Below are positions 61,045 to 64,000 of a DNA stretch of 64,000 nucleotides, in pieces (position 1 is the first letter of the stretch; every line of letters begins with the position of its first letter). A program made the position numbers and the translations under genes. The stretch covers positions 34,272 through 98,271 of the IMG/VR virus record IMGVR_UViG_3300037235_000042, one strand, 5' to 3'. The notes under the pieces are model-generated. The model was not told where the DNA came from, ran no database searches, and worked only from the letters and a program-made list of their open reading frames with translations. The DNA is from a virus.

Positions 61045-62364
61045 ATGACAGAAGTTATAACTCACTATGCCCACAGAAGTGGCTACACCGCCGGGCAACG
61101 CTGCCCAAGATTAGGATTCTGGCAATATTTCTATCAAGGAATCGGAGTGGAACGTTTTCGCCTGGACGTCCCTTTAGCTCGCGGGATCTACGTCCATCGT
61201 GGACTGGAGAGATTACTCCTAGGCCAGTCAATCGACGATTCCATAAAATTCGCTCTCGACGAGTTCGACCGGGAGATCGCCTCTCGCGGACTGGAGGTCG
61301 CCTCGCTTGAAGACTCCAGTTACGTCTACAAGGAACAACGAGCGTTGATCGAGGCTATGTTATACGGCTGGTGGAAGAAGCGGTTTCCGGTGCTACTCGA
61401 TCAGTACGATATTCTGGAAGTCGAGCGGGAGGAAGAATGGGATCTCGGGGAGTTCGACACTCAGTATGGAAAATGTCGTCTGGTCTGGCTAGGGAAGGCC
61501 GATGCTCTGTTGAAGGAGAAGGATTCCGGGGATTTGTTCATCCAATCGTTCAAAACGACGGCAGACTGGGATTCGCGGAAGGATTCCGCCGCGATGCATG
61601 ATGTGCAGGGATTGTCGGAGCTGTGCGCAGTGGAACATCGTTTAGCTGGGTGGTGGGAAGGCGTACAACCGAACGCCCAGTTGGAACAGCATTGCGATGA
61701 TCTCGTACATCGACATTTAGCTACGTGTTCCGAACCACCGAAGATCATGGGAATTAGGATGGAACACTTGCTGGCCGGGAACCGGATCGCCTACAAGAAG
61801 ACCGACGGCCAGAAGGTTCAATACAGCCCACTGATCAGAGGTTACAAGAAAGACGGAATCACCCCTGAGCTGGATGAACTCGCCTGGAAGTTTACGTGGA
61901 GCGATGAATTTGGAGAGCATAGGCTGGGAAAGGGCTGGCGAGCGTTGAACATGTGGGAACAGGAAGGCGGGGTTCGGGCGTGGATCGATAAGCTAGCCGA
62001 TCAACAGGTTCAGGCTGAGTTAGGAGATTGTCTAGAGCAGCAAGTGATTGCGCCGATACCTTATTACAGACAGGAACAGGACGCGATTGACTTTGTACAG
62101 CAAATGATCGCCGAGGAATTGAGGAAGTTCGAAGGTCGACAACGTTTAGCCCAAGTCCAATCACCTGAGGAAGAACGCTTCGTGCTTAATTCTCTGTTCC
62201 CCCAATATAGGCATAGCTGTGACTATCCAAATCTTTGCAATTACTCCCTTGTGTGTTTCGATCCTGGATATGCTGAAGATCCGGTTAGAACCGGCATGTA
62301 TCGTTATAGAACGCCTCATCACAAGGCCGAGAAAGATGCGCTTGTCAATATAGTGCTAAAGTAG
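61045..62364 (+). CDS. Cas4/AddB-like PD-(D/E)xK exonuclease with Fe-S cysteines
   Basis: QRCPR, RGIYVHRGLE, EVERE, KADAL..SFKTT, CDYPNLCNYSLVC; start at 61045 (GAGGA) or 61015. Confidence 0.75.
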   Translation: MTEVITHYAHRSGYTAGQRCPRLGFWQYFYQGIGVERFRLDVPLARGIYVHRGLERLLLGQSIDDSIKFALDEFDREIASRGLEVASLEDSSYVYKEQRALIEAMLYGWWKKRFPVLLDQYDILEVEREEEWDLGEFDTQYGKCRLVWLGKADALLKEKDSGDLFIQSFKTTADWDSRKDSAAMHDVQGLSELCAVEHRLAGWWEGVQPNAQLEQHCDDLVHRHLATCSEPPKIMGIRMEHLLAGNRIAYKKTDGQKVQYSPLIRGYKKDGITPELDELAWKFTWSDEFGEHRLGKGWRALNMWEQEGGVRAWIDKLADQQVQAELGDCLEQQVIAPIPYYRQEQDAIDFVQQMIAEELRKFEGRQRLAQVQSPEEERFVLNSLFPQYRHSCDYPNLCNYSLVCFDPGYAEDPVRTGMYRYRTPHHKAEKDALVNIVLK

Positions 62365-62370
62365 TATATT
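62342..62370 (+). promoter_or_regulatory. leaderless promoter of HNH gene
   Basis: TTGTCA-17-TATATT, 6 nt before ATG. Confidence 0.65.
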
Positions 62371-62376
62371 TGCTAC

Positions 62377-63075
62377 ATGAGTAAATCACAAGAAGTTTGG
62401 CGCGATATTCCGGGGTGGGAAGGGCTGTATCAAGCTAGCACTTGGGGTAGAATTCGCAGGCTGAATATACTAAAACCTTCCTTAACCTCGGGCACAGGCT
62501 ATCCAGCAGTTGGGCTCCCTGCCGAGTCGGTAGGAAAACACACGACGTCTAAACGTCATCATGTTCATGCGTTGGTCGCACTGACGTTTATTGGGCCTCG
62601 TCCGCTAGGGATGCATATTGACCACAAGGATGGGAATAGGGAGAATGCTGAACCAGAAAATCTTGAATATGTAACTCCCAAGGAGAATAATCATCGGTCC
62701 TATGTTACGGGAAATAATCGCCATCGACTCTCTGAGAAGCAAATGGATAGGGTCGCAGACCTTTACTTCGAGGACGGTCGGTCAGCCCTCAGCATCGCCA
62801 AAGCTTTAAAGGTGAACATCAAGGCTATTCACAGTATTGTTCAGATTTGGCGGTGTCAGGCAGGCCCAAGAAAGAAGAATCCTTACCAGCACAAACTAAC
62901 GCGGAAGAAATTCGTCGAGATGAAAAAACTTTACGAGACTTCTGGCCTGACAATTACGGCGGTTGCGAAGGTTTATGGACTGAGTCCTTCCCACGCCAGT
63001 CGAGTATTGAAAAGGGATTCATGGGGCGATCCTCGACGTGTGTACAAAACTGAACGTGAAGAAAATAAGTCGTAA
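62377..63075 (+). mobile_element. NUMOD4-HNH homing endonuclease with C-terminal HTHs
   Basis: EVWRDIPGWEGLYQAS..GRIR; VH.LVA..FIG...IDHKDGNRENAEPENLEYVT..EN..H. Confidence 0.88.
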
Positions 63076-63084
63076 AAATTTCCC

Positions 63085-63113
63085 TTGACATAGGTTGATT
63101 TGGGTGGTTTAAT
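63085..63113 (+). promoter_or_regulatory. sigma70-type promoter with TAGGTTGA spacer motif
   Basis: TTGACA-17-TTTAAT, extended TG, A-rich UP tract. Confidence 0.6.
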
Positions 63114-63129
63114 CGGTTTCTCATCTTTT

Positions 63130-63336
63130 ATGAGTTATCATCCACTGACATCCGAATCTGGCGGTGACGAACTATCCCGCATCGAAGAAGCGCAGAAAAT
63201 CTGCCGTCTGCTTGAGGAATTCTACGACCAGATGACCGACAAGGAAAAAGGAATGATCGAGCAGATGACCGATTGTGATTACTGTTCAACCAAGCAGTTG
63301 TTTTTTCTTCGCGATATTAAAGATCGGTATTTATGA
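63130..63336 (+). CDS. hypothetical protein
   Basis: MTDKEKGMIE..STKQLFFLRDI. Confidence 0.55.
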   Translation: MSYHPLTSESGGDELSRIEEAQKICRLLEEFYDQMTDKEKGMIEQMTDCDYCSTKQLFFLRDIKDRYL

Positions 63337-63494
63337 GCCAAAACGGCGAAGTCTGGGTAGGGAACTGTCCACATTGCGGTCGAACTGGCCTGGTGCTAAG
63401 CCGGAAGCACAAAGAGATCGATCCGGCCAAGCTTTACTGTCCGGAATGCCGGGAAGAGTGTCTGTTGTCTGAGATCAAGTGGTCGAGACTTTAG
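63333..63494 (+). CDS. 53-aa zinc-ribbon protein (not in ORF track)
   Basis: CPHCG...CPEC; ATGA overlap. Confidence 0.55.
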   Translation: MSQNGEVWVGNCPHCGRTGLVLSRKHKEIDPAKLYCPECREECLLSEIKWSRL

Positions 63495-63517
63495 CTTAAG
63501 CAAAGGGGAAGAGATCA

Positions 63518-63820
63518 ATGTCTAGAGTTAACGGCGTTGCGGCAGAGCTGGTAGGAGATTGGGAGCTGGTAGTATCCGCCCAGTTCCAGGCAGACGGTTA
63601 CCTAGTCGTCGGGTTCAGGCGAGAACGGGAAATCGGATCGGTCGAGCTGAATTTATTGACCAAACTCCCGTTCAGGATAATCGGGGAAGCTACCTACGCC
63701 GACGCGTTGAGGCAATTCGCACGCTTGGTAGAACTTACGAATTGTGGTGAAGAACCGCTTCCGCCGCCCGAAGGGTATAAATTCTACAAAACAGTCGTCG
63801 CTGATCGATTCAGCGATTAA
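63518..63820 (+). CDS. hypothetical protein
   Basis: AAGGGGAAG SD. Confidence 0.55.
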   Translation: MSRVNGVAAELVGDWELVVSAQFQADGYLVVGFRREREIGSVELNLLTKLPFRIIGEATYADALRQFARLVELTNCGEEPLPPPEGYKFYKTVVADRFSD

Positions 63821-63844
63821 CTTAAGTAAAAAGGGGAAGAGACT

Positions 63845-64000
63845 ATGGCAGATCAGAAGTTCGTGCAATTCCTGCGTGAACTGGCGGATTGGTACGAAGA
63901 GCATCCAACCGTTCCAGCTCCCTATGCGCTCGAAGGGGAAACGGTTTCCGTTTATCTATTCGGGCACCCGAATCCTAAGGAAGTTCTACGGGCGATTGGA
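63845..64000 (+). CDS. hypothetical protein, truncated by window end
   Basis: MADQKFVQFLRELADWYEEHP..., open to the end. Confidence 0.55.
   Translation, partial: MADQKFVQFLRELADWYEEHPTVPAPYALEGETVSVYLFGHPNPKEVLRAIG

Noticed and set aside
61045-62364. CRISPR-Cas locus suggested by the Cas4-like gene
   Set aside because: No repeat-spacer array or other cas gene is visible; solo Cas4-like nucleases are common in phages
1-64000. Stop-codon reassignment
   Set aside because: Core genes are full length in code 11, and TAA, TAG and TGA all end genes at sensible junctions
1-64000. tRNA, rRNA, integrase or att site
   Set aside because: No cloverleaf or recombinase motif recognised by eye; tRNAscan was not run; lifestyle cannot be decided from this window

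Overview
This window is a ~64 kb piece of a tailed dsDNA phage genome, probably podovirus-like: no tape measure, tube or sheath gene, and it has a nozzle plus ejection proteins. It uses the standard genetic code. Positions ~260-45160 form one long minus-strand arm. In transcription order it runs: NADAR / phosphatase / J-domain accessory genes, a putative lysis block, terS-terL, portal, scaffold, a free-standing LAGLIDADG endonuclease, major capsid, decoration proteins, three adaptor-like paralogues, fibre/spike genes, nozzle, a GNAT and three ejection proteins. From ~45540 rightwards lie early and replication genes: small membrane and zinc-finger ORFs, GP88, DUF932-like, LuxR-HTH, an iteron-rich ori next to a D5/P4-type SF3 helicase, a TrpF-like TIM barrel, a Cas4-like nuclease and a NUMOD4-HNH. 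An Acidobacteriota-like host is a guess from the choice-of-anchor-D style protein. The most striking observations are: (1) tail-fibre/spike-type proteins with Sec-type signal peptides and many paired cysteines, suggesting periplasmic folding and late attachment to virions; (2) an unannotated 16-aa protamine-like peptide heading the capsid operon; (3) early genes each bracketed by their own short direct-repeat pair; (4) a shared promoter/operator motif. All family assignments come from motif recognition by eye; no database search was run.
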